32,128 nt of DNA from Candidatus Acidiferrales bacterium (lineage in GTDB: Bacteria; Acidobacteriota; Terriglobia; Acidiferrales; UBA7541). The notes below the pieces were generated by a model. It did not search any database and was not told where the DNA came from. It was given only the letters and a program-made list of their open reading frames with translations. The first letter of the stretch is position 1; every line of letters starts with the position of its first letter. The DNA lies in NCBI GenBank assembly GCA_035624135.1, contig DASPSB010000163.1, forward strand, positions 1-32,128, read 5' to 3'. This document shows positions 24,906-32,128 of the stretch, piece after piece. The position numbers and the translations under genes are program-made.

Positions 24906-26768
24906 ATGAAGACCTATCTCAAAATTGCCGTGCCCTGGGGGATCGGCCTCTCGCTGGCTCTCGTGATTGGGGCCGCCGCGCTCTCCTTCCGCAACCTGGA
25001 TGAATATCGCCAGAACGCCGAATGGGTGGCCCATACGCATGTGGTGATCGAACGCCTCGAGACGCTCCGCAGCGAGGTGCTGAAGGTGGAGAACGCGCGC
25101 CGGGGCTATGTGCTCACCGGCGATCCGCAATTTGCCACGCGCCTCTCGGCCGGGCGCGCCGAAATAGAGAAAACTCTGGGCTCCCTGCGCACCCTCACCG
25201 CGGACAATGCCTCCCAGCAAAAAGAGTTGGAGGGGCTTCAAGCGCTCGTTCAATCGCGGCTCGATCTTCTGGATCGCTCCCTGGCGATCCACCGCGCGGG
25301 CCAGCCGGATGACGCAGAGCAGTCCGCCCTGACTCTTCCCGGCGCGGAACTTACCAACCGCATCCTCACGGCCCTCGATCGCATGGGCAACCGGGAGCAG
25401 GATCTGCTGCGGGAGCGCAGCGAGCAGGCGCAACGCAGCGCACTGAAATCCCGCATCGCGCTGGCTTTGGCCATGTTCACCACGATTGCGCTGATTCTGG
25501 CGGCATTCTCGCTCCTGCGCCGGGAAGTCCGCGAACGCGTGCGGGCCGAAGGGGAACTCCGGGACCTGGCAACCACCCTGGAACAAAAGGTGGCCGAGCG
25601 CACCTCCATGTTGGAAACCCATACGAAGACCCTTCGGGAACAGGCCGCCCTCCTCGATCTCGCTCACGACTCCATTTTCGTGCGCGAAATGACCAACGCG
25701 ATCCGCTTCTGGAATCGCGGTGCCGAGGAGACCTACGGATGGTCGAGGGAGGAAGCGCTCGGAAAAGTTACCCACACCATGCTCCAGACCCAATTTCCCG
25801 AGCCACTCACGAAAATTGAGGAGACCCTGCTCGCCGAAGGCCATTGGGAAGGAGAATTGATCCACACGCGCCGCGACGGCTCCTGCATCGTCGTGGACAG
25901 CCGGTGGGCTCTGCAGCAGGGCGCCGATGGCATCCCCACAGGCGTCCTCGAGCTCAACCGGGACATCACCGAACGGAAGCGATCGGAGGACGAGATTCGC
26001 TCCCTCAACCAGGCCCTCGAACGGCGCGTCGCCGAGCGCACCGCTGAGCTCGAAGCGTTCACTTCCTCGGTGGCGCACGACCTCCGCGCTCCCTTGCGCC
26101 ACGTGGATGGGTTCAGCCGCATCCTGGAAGAAGAATACGCGCCGCAACTTGGCATCGAGGGCCAGAAGCTCGTCGCGCGTGTGCGCCGGGCCACGCAGCA
26201 TATGGGCGAGCTGGTCGATGACCTCTTGAACCTCTCCCGCGTTTCCCGCCGCGAACTCTCGCCGCTGGTGACGGACCTGAATCCGCTGGTTCGCGAGGTG
26301 ATCAACGGGCTGCAGCCCGCCTGCCAGGGCCGCCACGTGGACTTCCGCGTCGGCTTGCTTCCTTTCGCCGAATGCGACCCCGGCCTCATGCGCCAGGTGT
26401 TCGCCAATCTGCTGGGCAATGCTGTGAAGTTCACGCGTCCGCGCGATCCAGCCATCATCGAAGTCGGCCAATCGGACCACAACGGCAACCGGGCCATATT
26501 CATCCGCGACAACGGCGTGGGGTTCAGCATGAAGTACGCGGACAAACTGTTTGGAGTGTTCCAGCGCTTCCATCGCGTCGAGGATTTTGAAGGCACCGGC
26601 GTAGGTCTGGCCACCGTGCTGCGCATCGTCCAGAAGCACAACGGCCGCATTTGGGCCGAGGCGGAAGTGGATCGGGGCGCGGCATTTTATTTCACGCTGG
26701 AAGGCCTGGAAGATCGGAGATCCCCGGAATCTTCCCGGCCGGCAGGAGGGCTCCATGCCAGTGGGTGA
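24906..26768 (+). CDS. sensor histidine kinase with periplasmic CHASE3 domain, PAS domain, HisKA and HATPase_c
   Basis: 620 aa. TM1 is [17 protein letters not shown]. The CHASE3-like region reads [25 protein letters not shown]...[12 protein letters not shown]2 is [18 protein letters not shown]. The PAS region contains [12 protein letters not shown]. The H-box is [10 protein letters not shown]. The ATPase has N, G1 (DNGVGF) and G2 (GTGVGL) boxes. Confidence 0.9.
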   Translation: MKTYLKIAVPWGIGLSLALVIGAAALSFRNLDEYRQNAEWVAHTHVVIERLETLRSEVLKVENARRGYVLTGDPQFATRLSAGRAEIEKTLGSLRTLTADNASQQKELEGLQALVQSRLDLLDRSLAIHRAGQPDDAEQSALTLPGAELTNRILTALDRMGNREQDLLRERSEQAQRSALKSRIALALAMFTTIALILAAFSLLRREVRERVRAEGELRDLATTLEQKVAERTSMLETHTKTLREQAALLDLAHDSIFVREMTNAIRFWNRGAEETYGWSREEALGKVTHTMLQTQFPEPLTKIEETLLAEGHWEGELIHTRRDGSCIVVDSRWALQQGADGIPTGVLELNRDITERKRSEDEIRSLNQALERRVAERTAELEAFTSSVAHDLRAPLRHVDGFSRILEEEYAPQLGIEGQKLVARVRRATQHMGELVDDLLNLSRVSRRELSPLVTDLNPLVREVINGLQPACQGRHVDFRVGLLPFAECDPGLMRQVFANLLGNAVKFTRPRDPAIIEVGQSDHNGNRAIFIRDNGVGFSMKYADKLFGVFQRFHRVEDFEGTGVGLATVLRIVQKHNGRIWAEAEVDRGAAFYFTLEGLEDRRSPESSRPAGGLHASG

Positions 26769-27216
26769 CGTCGATATTCTGCTCGTCGAAGACAGCCCGG
26801 AGGACGCGGAGCTCACGCTGTACAGCTTGCGCCGCAACAACCTTGCCAATCGCATTCACTGGGCCAAGGACGGAGAAGAGGGCTTGGACTTTTTATTCTG
26901 CCGCGGGCCCTATGCGGATCGCTCCTTCCAGCATCCTCCCAAGGTGGTTCTGTTGGATCTCAAGCTGCCCAAAGTGGACGGGCTCGAGGTCCTCCGGCAG
27001 ATGAAGGAAGACCCGCGGACACGGCCCATTCCGGTGGTCGTGCTCACTTCCTCTAGGGAGGAGGCGGACGTCGTCCGCGGCTATCGCAACGGCGCCAACA
27101 GCTATGTGCAGAAACCGGTGGATTTCGACCAATTCCGTGAAGCTGTGCGTCAACTTGGCCTCTACTGGATGGTCACCAACGAGCCGCCCCCCGATGCCAC
27201 GTTCGCACGCAGGTAG
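26755..27216 (+). CDS. stand-alone response-regulator receiver protein (Rcp1-like)
   Basis: 153 aa with [26 protein letters not shown] (phospho-acceptor Asp), VVVLTSS and YVQKP. It has no output domain. GGCAGGAGGG lies upstream. It overlaps the histidine kinase 3' end by 14 nt. Confidence 0.9.
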   Translation: MPVGDVDILLVEDSPEDAELTLYSLRRNNLANRIHWAKDGEEGLDFLFCRGPYADRSFQHPPKVVLLDLKLPKVDGLEVLRQMKEDPRTRPIPVVVLTSSREEADVVRGYRNGANSYVQKPVDFDQFREAVRQLGLYWMVTNEPPPDATFARR

Positions 27217-27221
27217 TTGCT

Positions 27222-29945
27222 ATGCAAAGACCCACGGAAGCCGTCCAACAGACCCCGGAAACTGAGTCGCGCGTCTTCCGCCTCCTGTTTGTCGAGGACG
27301 ACCCTGCCGACCTCGAGCTGATTCAGCGCGAACTTTCCGGTCGAGGCGTGAAATTCGAGGGCGAAGTGGTGTGCCAGCCGCAATCCTTCCGCGAGCGCAT
27401 TCGTAATTCGTCCTTCGACGCGGTCCTGTCGGACTTCCGGCTGCCCGGCTGGAATGGCATGGATGTGCTGCGCGAACTCCGGGGCCTGGGCCTGGAAATC
27501 CCGTTTTTGCTCATCACCGGAACGCTGGGAGAAGAAAAAGCCGTCGAATGCATGCGGATGGGCGCCACAGATTGCATCCTCAAGGACCGTCTGGCCCGCC
27601 TGCCAATGGCCCTGCACAATGCCGTGGACGGCTGGGAAATGCGCGAGAGACAAAAGCGCATTGCCGAGGAGTTGTGGACCAGCGAGTCGAAGCTCGGCCT
27701 GCTGCTCTCCCAGTTGCCCGCGATCATTTGGACCTCGGACCGGGCACTGCGTCTCACTTCGCTCACCGGCGCCGGCTTGGCGGCACTGCCCGAAGGAGCT
27801 TGGCAGCGGCGCGCCCGGGACTTGAACACCGATGCATCGCATCCGGCGGCGGCCGCGCACCCGCGCGCACTGGCCGGCGAATCCGTGGAATTCGAAAACG
27901 AGATCGAGGGGCGCGCCTATTGGAGCCGCGTGGAACCGCTCCGCGACGTGGCCGGAGAGACGAGCGGCTGCCTCGGCTTCGCGCTCGATATCACCGAGAA
28001 GAAGCGCATCGAGATGGAATCCCAGCGCCGCGCCCGCGAGCTTTGGCGCGCAAATGAGACACTCGCCGCCATGGTGGCCAACGCTCCCGTCGCCATCGTG
28101 GCGATGGACCATGCAGGCCGCGTTCGCATCTGGAATCCGGCGGCGGAGCGCATGTTCGGCTGGACGGCGAACGAGGTGCTCGGCGGCCCGGTTCCCTATC
28201 TGCCTTCGGAGCGCCACGGCGAACATCAGGTGTTCCGCGAAATCCTCAAACAGGGCGGCAGCATTTCCAACGTGGAAACCCAGCGGATGAGAAAACACGG
28301 AACGCTTCTCGATGTGAGCTTGTCGGCAGCTTCCGTGGAGCTCGGAGCCGGCGCCGAAGACGCTTCCAGCGAACTGGAGATAATCGCCGTACTCACGGAC
28401 ATTACCGCGCGGAAGCTGGCGGAAGCGGAAATGCTCAGGCTGAGCACGGCCATCCAGCAATCTGCGGAAGCCGTGATGATCGCCGATACCGACGGCTTCA
28501 TCCGCTACGTCAATCCCGCCTTCAGCGCCATGAGCGGATATTCCCCGGCCGAAGCCGTGGGCAAACGCACCAATTTGCTGCGTTCCGGACGGCATGACAA
28601 GAGCTTCTACGAAAATTTGTGGAAGACGATTGTGAGCGGTCAGACCTGGCGCGGGGAATTCGAAAACATCCGCAAGGACGGTTCTCCGCTGCCCATGGAG
28701 GCTTCCATCACTCCGGTGCGCGGCCCACGCGGCGTGATTACCTCGTTCATCTGCATCGCGCAGGATATCTCCGAGCGGAAGACGCTCGAGCGCCAGCTCC
28801 TCCAGGCGCAGAAGTCTGAAGCCATCGGGCAACTGGCCGGCGGCATTGCTCACGACTTCAACAACGTACTGGCGGCTATCCTGGGAATGGCCGAGTTGGG
28901 CCAGCTCGAAGCGCCGGAAGGCACCCGCATCCGCGAACGGCTCCAGAAAATCTGCCATCATACTGGCCGCGCGGTGGCGCTCACGCGCCAGCTCCTGGCA
29001 TTTTCCCGCCGGCAGCAGCTCGAGCGGCGTCCCATCAACCTGAATCTCTCCGTCAACGAAGTCGCCAGCCTGCTCAGCGACTCGCTCGGCAAAGACGTGG
29101 AATTCGTGACCAACCTGGCTCCTGAACTGGCCAGCGTCTTCGCGGACCCGGCGCAGATCGAGCAGGTGCTCATGAATCTGTGCGTGAACGCCCGCGATGC
29201 CATGCCCTCCGGTGGCCGGCTGACCATCTCCACGGGCAAGGTGCAGTTCGATCAGGAGGCCTGCCGGACGCGTCCCGGGCTCGCGCCGGGCGAATTCGTG
29301 TGTCTGACGGTCACGGATACAGGGATGGGGATGGACGCGCAGACGCTGGGTCGCATCTTCGAGCCGTTTTTCACCACCAAGCCTCCCGGACGCGGGACCG
29401 GATTGGGATTGGCCACCGTCTACGGCGTGGTCAAACAGCACGGAGGTCATATTGACGTGATGAGTTCGCCGGGCGACGGCACTACCTTCCAGCTCTACTT
29501 TCCCGTTTCGCTGCCCGCCAAGCCGGGCGCGGAAGCGCCCGCCGACGGAGAGCCGGTCACGGGCGGCAGGGAAACCATCCTGCTGGCCGAAGACCACGAA
29601 GGATTGCGCGAACTGGTGTGCGAGTCGCTCGAATCGCTCGGATACTGTGTGTTGGCGGCCTGCGATGGCGAGGAGGCTGTCGAGATCTTCCGCCGGAATT
29701 CCGGCAAGGTGGATCTGCTGATCCTCGACGTGATTATGCCGCGGCTTCGCGGCCCCGACGCCTACAAACGAATTCGCGACCTCAGCGGCTCCATCCCCGT
29801 GCTCTTCTGTACGGGCTACAGTTCCGACTCGGCCCAGGTCGAAATCATTTCCGGCCACCCCGTACTCCAGAAACCCTACCAGACGCGGGAACTGGCGCGC
29901 ACCGTCCGCTTTCTCCTCGACCAGCGTTTGCAATCTCAAAGTTGA
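27222..29945 (+). CDS. hybrid sensor histidine kinase: REC - multiple PAS - HisKA - HATPase_c - REC
   Basis: 907 aa. The N-terminal receiver has LLFVEDDPADLEL...DAVLSDFRLPG. At least three PAS-like segments are visible (IWNPAAERMFGW, YVNPAFSAMSGY). The H-box is IAHDFNNVL. The N-box is NLCVNARDAM, G1 is DTGMGM and G2 is GTGLGL. The C-terminal receiver has ILLAEDHE...LLILDVIMP. It starts 5 nt after the receiver gene stop. Confidence 0.9.
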   Translation: MQRPTEAVQQTPETESRVFRLLFVEDDPADLELIQRELSGRGVKFEGEVVCQPQSFRERIRNSSFDAVLSDFRLPGWNGMDVLRELRGLGLEIPFLLITGTLGEEKAVECMRMGATDCILKDRLARLPMALHNAVDGWEMRERQKRIAEELWTSESKLGLLLSQLPAIIWTSDRALRLTSLTGAGLAALPEGAWQRRARDLNTDASHPAAAAHPRALAGESVEFENEIEGRAYWSRVEPLRDVAGETSGCLGFALDITEKKRIEMESQRRARELWRANETLAAMVANAPVAIVAMDHAGRVRIWNPAAERMFGWTANEVLGGPVPYLPSERHGEHQVFREILKQGGSISNVETQRMRKHGTLLDVSLSAASVELGAGAEDASSELEIIAVLTDITARKLAEAEMLRLSTAIQQSAEAVMIADTDGFIRYVNPAFSAMSGYSPAEAVGKRTNLLRSGRHDKSFYENLWKTIVSGQTWRGEFENIRKDGSPLPMEASITPVRGPRGVITSFICIAQDISERKTLERQLLQAQKSEAIGQLAGGIAHDFNNVLAAILGMAELGQLEAPEGTRIRERLQKICHHTGRAVALTRQLLAFSRRQQLERRPINLNLSVNEVASLLSDSLGKDVEFVTNLAPELASVFADPAQIEQVLMNLCVNARDAMPSGGRLTISTGKVQFDQEACRTRPGLAPGEFVCLTVTDTGMGMDAQTLGRIFEPFFTTKPPGRGTGLGLATVYGVVKQHGGHIDVMSSPGDGTTFQLYFPVSLPAKPGAEAPADGEPVTGGRETILLAEDHEGLRELVCESLESLGYCVLAACDGEEAVEIFRRNSGKVDLLILDVIMPRLRGPDAYKRIRDLSGSIPVLFCTGYSSDSAQVEIISGHPVLQKPYQTRELARTVRFLLDQRLQSQS

Positions 29946-30042
29946 GCAATCCTCCGCAAGCGATTTTCGGATGCCGTGGTATACTCCCGCATCCTGGCGG
30001 CGGCAGGGAGTGCAGGAGCGCCGCCACAGGCCGGGCGTAACT

Positions 30043-31014
30043 ATGGATGCGAGGAAAGAGCAGGCCTTCGTCGGCGTTTTTGTGATCATTGCCGCGGGCC
30101 TGCTGATTGCCACGATTTTTGCCATCGGCGGGGCTTTCGGACGCGCCGGGCAAACCTACCTGGTTTACTTCAAGAATGCGGGCGGGCTCGAGCCCGGCTC
30201 CATTGTGCGCTACGCCGGCATCCGCGTGGGCCGCGTGGACAAACTCCGGATCGATCCCAAAGATCCGTCGCGCGTCATCATGGAGATCGGCCTGGAGCCG
30301 GGAGTTCCCGTCAAGACGGACAGCCTCGCTAAGATTTCCAGCCTCTCCGCTCTCGGCGAAAATTTTCTCGAGATCTTGCCGGGCAAGCCGGATTCGCCGC
30401 CGGCCCGCTCCGGCTCCGTGCTGCCCTCCAAGGAATTTTTCGGCATCAACGACGTGGCGGACATCCTGAACGATCTGGGGCCAAAGGCCGAGGATCTGGT
30501 GAGCAACCTGAACGACCGCGTCGTGCAGCTCAAGCTGACCATCGACCGCGTGAACGACCTGCTCAACGACCAGAACCGCGCTCACGTCGCCGGCTCGCTC
30601 GACAACCTGAACGGCATGCTCGCCGAAAACCGCCCGCACATTAAGAGCGCTCTCGGCCACGTGGACGATGTGTCCGCCAAGCTCGGGCCCACCGTGGACC
30701 AGTTCAAACAGACCGCCAAGCAGGCAGACGACACGCTCAAGAAAATCGACGATATCCTCGGCGAGAACCGCAAGGATCTGCACGAGTCCATCGCCCAATT
30801 GCACAAAACCCTGAGCGACGCCACCACCCTGGTGGATCAGCTCAACCGCACGCTCAACACGAACGGCGAGAGCATCGACGAGACGCTCGACAACATCCGC
30901 CTGGCCACCGAAAACCTGCGCGAGTTTACTGATACCATCCGCACGCGGCCCTACACCCTCATCCGCACCGCGGAGCCGCCGGAGCACAAGCCGGGGGAGG
31001 GTTCCAAGCCGTGA
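30043..31014 (+). CDS. mlaD: MlaD/MCE-family protein with long C-terminal helical extension
   Basis: The track ORF is 29971..31014. The ATG at 30043 gives MDARKEQAFVGVFVIIAAGLLIATIFAIGG (TM anchor). The MCE core reads GLEPGSIVRYAGIRVGRVDKLRIDP. About 190 aa of heptad-like helical sequence follow (NDLLNDQNR...LDNLNGML...LKKIDDILGEN...). Confidence 0.85.
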   Translation: MDARKEQAFVGVFVIIAAGLLIATIFAIGGAFGRAGQTYLVYFKNAGGLEPGSIVRYAGIRVGRVDKLRIDPKDPSRVIMEIGLEPGVPVKTDSLAKISSLSALGENFLEILPGKPDSPPARSGSVLPSKEFFGINDVADILNDLGPKAEDLVSNLNDRVVQLKLTIDRVNDLLNDQNRAHVAGSLDNLNGMLAENRPHIKSALGHVDDVSAKLGPTVDQFKQTAKQADDTLKKIDDILGENRKDLHESIAQLHKTLSDATTLVDQLNRTLNTNGESIDETLDNIRLATENLREFTDTIRTRPYTLIRTAEPPEHKPGEGSKP

Positions 31015-31027
31015 GAGAGGTCCTGGC

Positions 31028-31657
31028 ATGAGCCTTCCTAAATCCGCCTGTGCGGCGGCAGCGCTCGCCGTAGGGGCAGTGCTGCTTCTGACCGGCTGCG
31101 GCGCGGCGCGCCCCATCAAATACTATTCGCTCGATCCGCCGGAGGTCGCCGCGGCGGGACAGCGGACGGACGCATCGTTGCTCATCGCCCATTTCCATGC
31201 TCCCACTCTTTACCGCGACACGCGCATTGTCTACCGCAACGGCGGGAACGAGATGGGCCTGTACGAGGAACATCGCTGGGTGGAAGCCCCGGCGTTGATG
31301 GTCGAAGAGATGGTGCTCCAATACCTGCGCCGCAGCGGCCGCTACAAGAGCGTGCAGAACATTTCTTCGAACGCGCAGGGGGATTACATCGTTCATGGCC
31401 GCGTCGAGCGCTTCGAACAGGTGGAGGGCAAGCCGCTTTCTGCGCGCGTCTGGCTGCGCCTGAGCCTCTACGACCCCAAGGCCGGCGCCACCGTTTGGGC
31501 GGAAAGTTACGAGCGCGACGAACAGGCGGCCGGAGACGATTTTGCCTCGATTGTCGCTGCGCTCGATAAGAATCTGCAGCAGGGTGTGATCCAGCTCGCC
31601 GGAGGCATCGATCAGTACATCACGGCGCACCCGCGCCCGGCAGAATCATCCAAGTAG
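31028..31657 (+). CDS. PqiC/YmbA-like (DUF330) ABC-transport auxiliary lipoprotein
   Basis: 209 aa. The signal peptide has a lipobox, LLLTGC. Also present are PIKYYSL, a WVEAP context and a size typical of DUF330 lipoproteins. GAGAGAGG lies upstream, and it starts 13 nt after the mlaD stop. Confidence 0.75.
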   Translation: MSLPKSACAAAALAVGAVLLLTGCGAARPIKYYSLDPPEVAAAGQRTDASLLIAHFHAPTLYRDTRIVYRNGGNEMGLYEEHRWVEAPALMVEEMVLQYLRRSGRYKSVQNISSNAQGDYIVHGRVERFEQVEGKPLSARVWLRLSLYDPKAGATVWAESYERDEQAAGDDFASIVAALDKNLQQGVIQLAGGIDQYITAHPRPAESSK

Positions 31658-31696
31658 CGCAAGAACCCGCTCCTCACAACCGAGGCGCCGGTCCCT

Positions 31697-32128
31697 TCAA
31701 CATTTGAGCGCGGCACGGCGGACCCGAAAGCCGTTCAGGTTCCCGAGCACGGCCAGCGCGATCTTCTCCGGCCGCAGCAGGTCCCGTGCGAGCTCCTGGA
31801 TTTCTTCCCGCGTCACTCGTTCGATCGCGCCCGTGATCTCTTCGGTCGGGCAGTAGCGGCCGAAATAGATTTCCTGGCGCGCCAGGTTGGACATGCGCGC
31901 CGCCGACGACTCGAGCGCCAGGAAGTGCGAGCCGATCAAGTGGTCCTTCGCCCGGCGCAGCTCCTCAGCGGTGATGGGCGCCGCCTTCATGCTCCGGAAC
32001 TCCTCGATCACGCAGCGAATCACCTTGTCGGCGTTTTGCCGCGCCGTGCCCGCATAGACGCACAGCATTCCCGCGTCGCGGTACGGATTCAGGTCGCTGA
32101 AGATCGTATAGGCCAGCCCCTGCTGCTC
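31697..32128 (-). CDS. M16 (pitrilysin/insulinase) family peptidase, C-terminal part; 5' end lies outside the window
   Basis: The reading frame stays open to the window edge (the track ORF starts at an internal Met, 32068). The sequence ...GLAYTIFSDLNPYRDAGMLCVYAGT...ITAEELRRAKDHLIG...LESSAARMSNLARQE is typical of the non-catalytic C-terminal M16 domain. Confidence 0.8.
   Translation of the reverse strand, partial: EQQGLAYTIFSDLNPYRDAGMLCVYAGTARQNADKVIRCVIEEFRSMKAAPITAEELRRAKDHLIGSHFLALESSAARMSNLARQEIYFGRYCPTEEITGAIERVTREEIQELARDLLRPEKIALAVLGNLNGFRVRRAALKC

Noticed and set aside
24249-26855. 868-aa minus-strand ORF opposite mlaF and the CHASE3 kinase.
   Set aside because: Same high-GC antisense artefact. 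The composition is low-complexity, and the + strand genes carry complete Walker, H-box and G-box motifs.
27162-30125. 987-aa minus-strand ORF opposite the hybrid histidine kinase.
   Set aside because: It is antisense to a gene with full REC/PAS/HisKA/HATPase/REC motifs. No motifs are recognisable in the antisense translation.

Overview
High-GC bacterial chromosomal segment. Hand counts on 100-nt samples give about 61% GC, against about 52% for one gene. It is densely coding: I call 32 CDS and found no rRNA, tRNA, CRISPR array, transposase or integrase. All family calls come from motifs read in the ORF-track translations; no BLAST or HMM search was run. The repertoire looks Acidobacteriota-like (secreted FecR/DUF6600-type protein, Hanks kinase with a Pro/Ala linker, many signal-peptide hypotheticals), but that is inference only. 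From 1 to 22.2 kb the window holds mostly housekeeping and envelope genes. These are a ThiF/MoeB E1-like enzyme, a class-A beta-lactamase-like hydrolase, a cupin, a LecA-like lectin/alpha-beta-hydrolase fusion, an AidB-like acyl-CoA dehydrogenase, MscL, a Ser/Thr kinase, YebC-RuvC, a Memo-family protein, an ABC importer-like pair with no binding protein, DUF1330 and citrate synthase. The most unusual part is 22.3-31.7 kb, nine co-directional genes. An RsbW-like kinase and a phosphorylatable STAS protein sit directly upstream of mlaE-mlaF. A tightly coupled CHASE3 histidine kinase, stand-alone receiver and REC-PAS-HK-REC hybrid kinase follow. Only after those come the MlaD/MCE protein (with a long helical tail) and a PqiC-like lipoprotein. 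No sigma factor, PP2C phosphatase or DNA-binding output domain lies in the window. My main hypothesis is therefore a signalling-controlled envelope lipid-transport module, with the STAS protein acting as a phospho-regulated MlaB analogue. I also found two short palindromic repeat families. One (GTAGGGGCACGACATGTCGTGCCCC) lies at gene 3' ends. The other (TCCCGAAGYTTCGGGA) lies about 20 nt upstream of a shared TTGACR-N17-GCAGCATC promoter-like motif at two unrelated genes. Several antisense ORFs of more than 850 aa are rejected as high-GC artefacts. Hand-located motif coordinates may be off by 1-2 nt.
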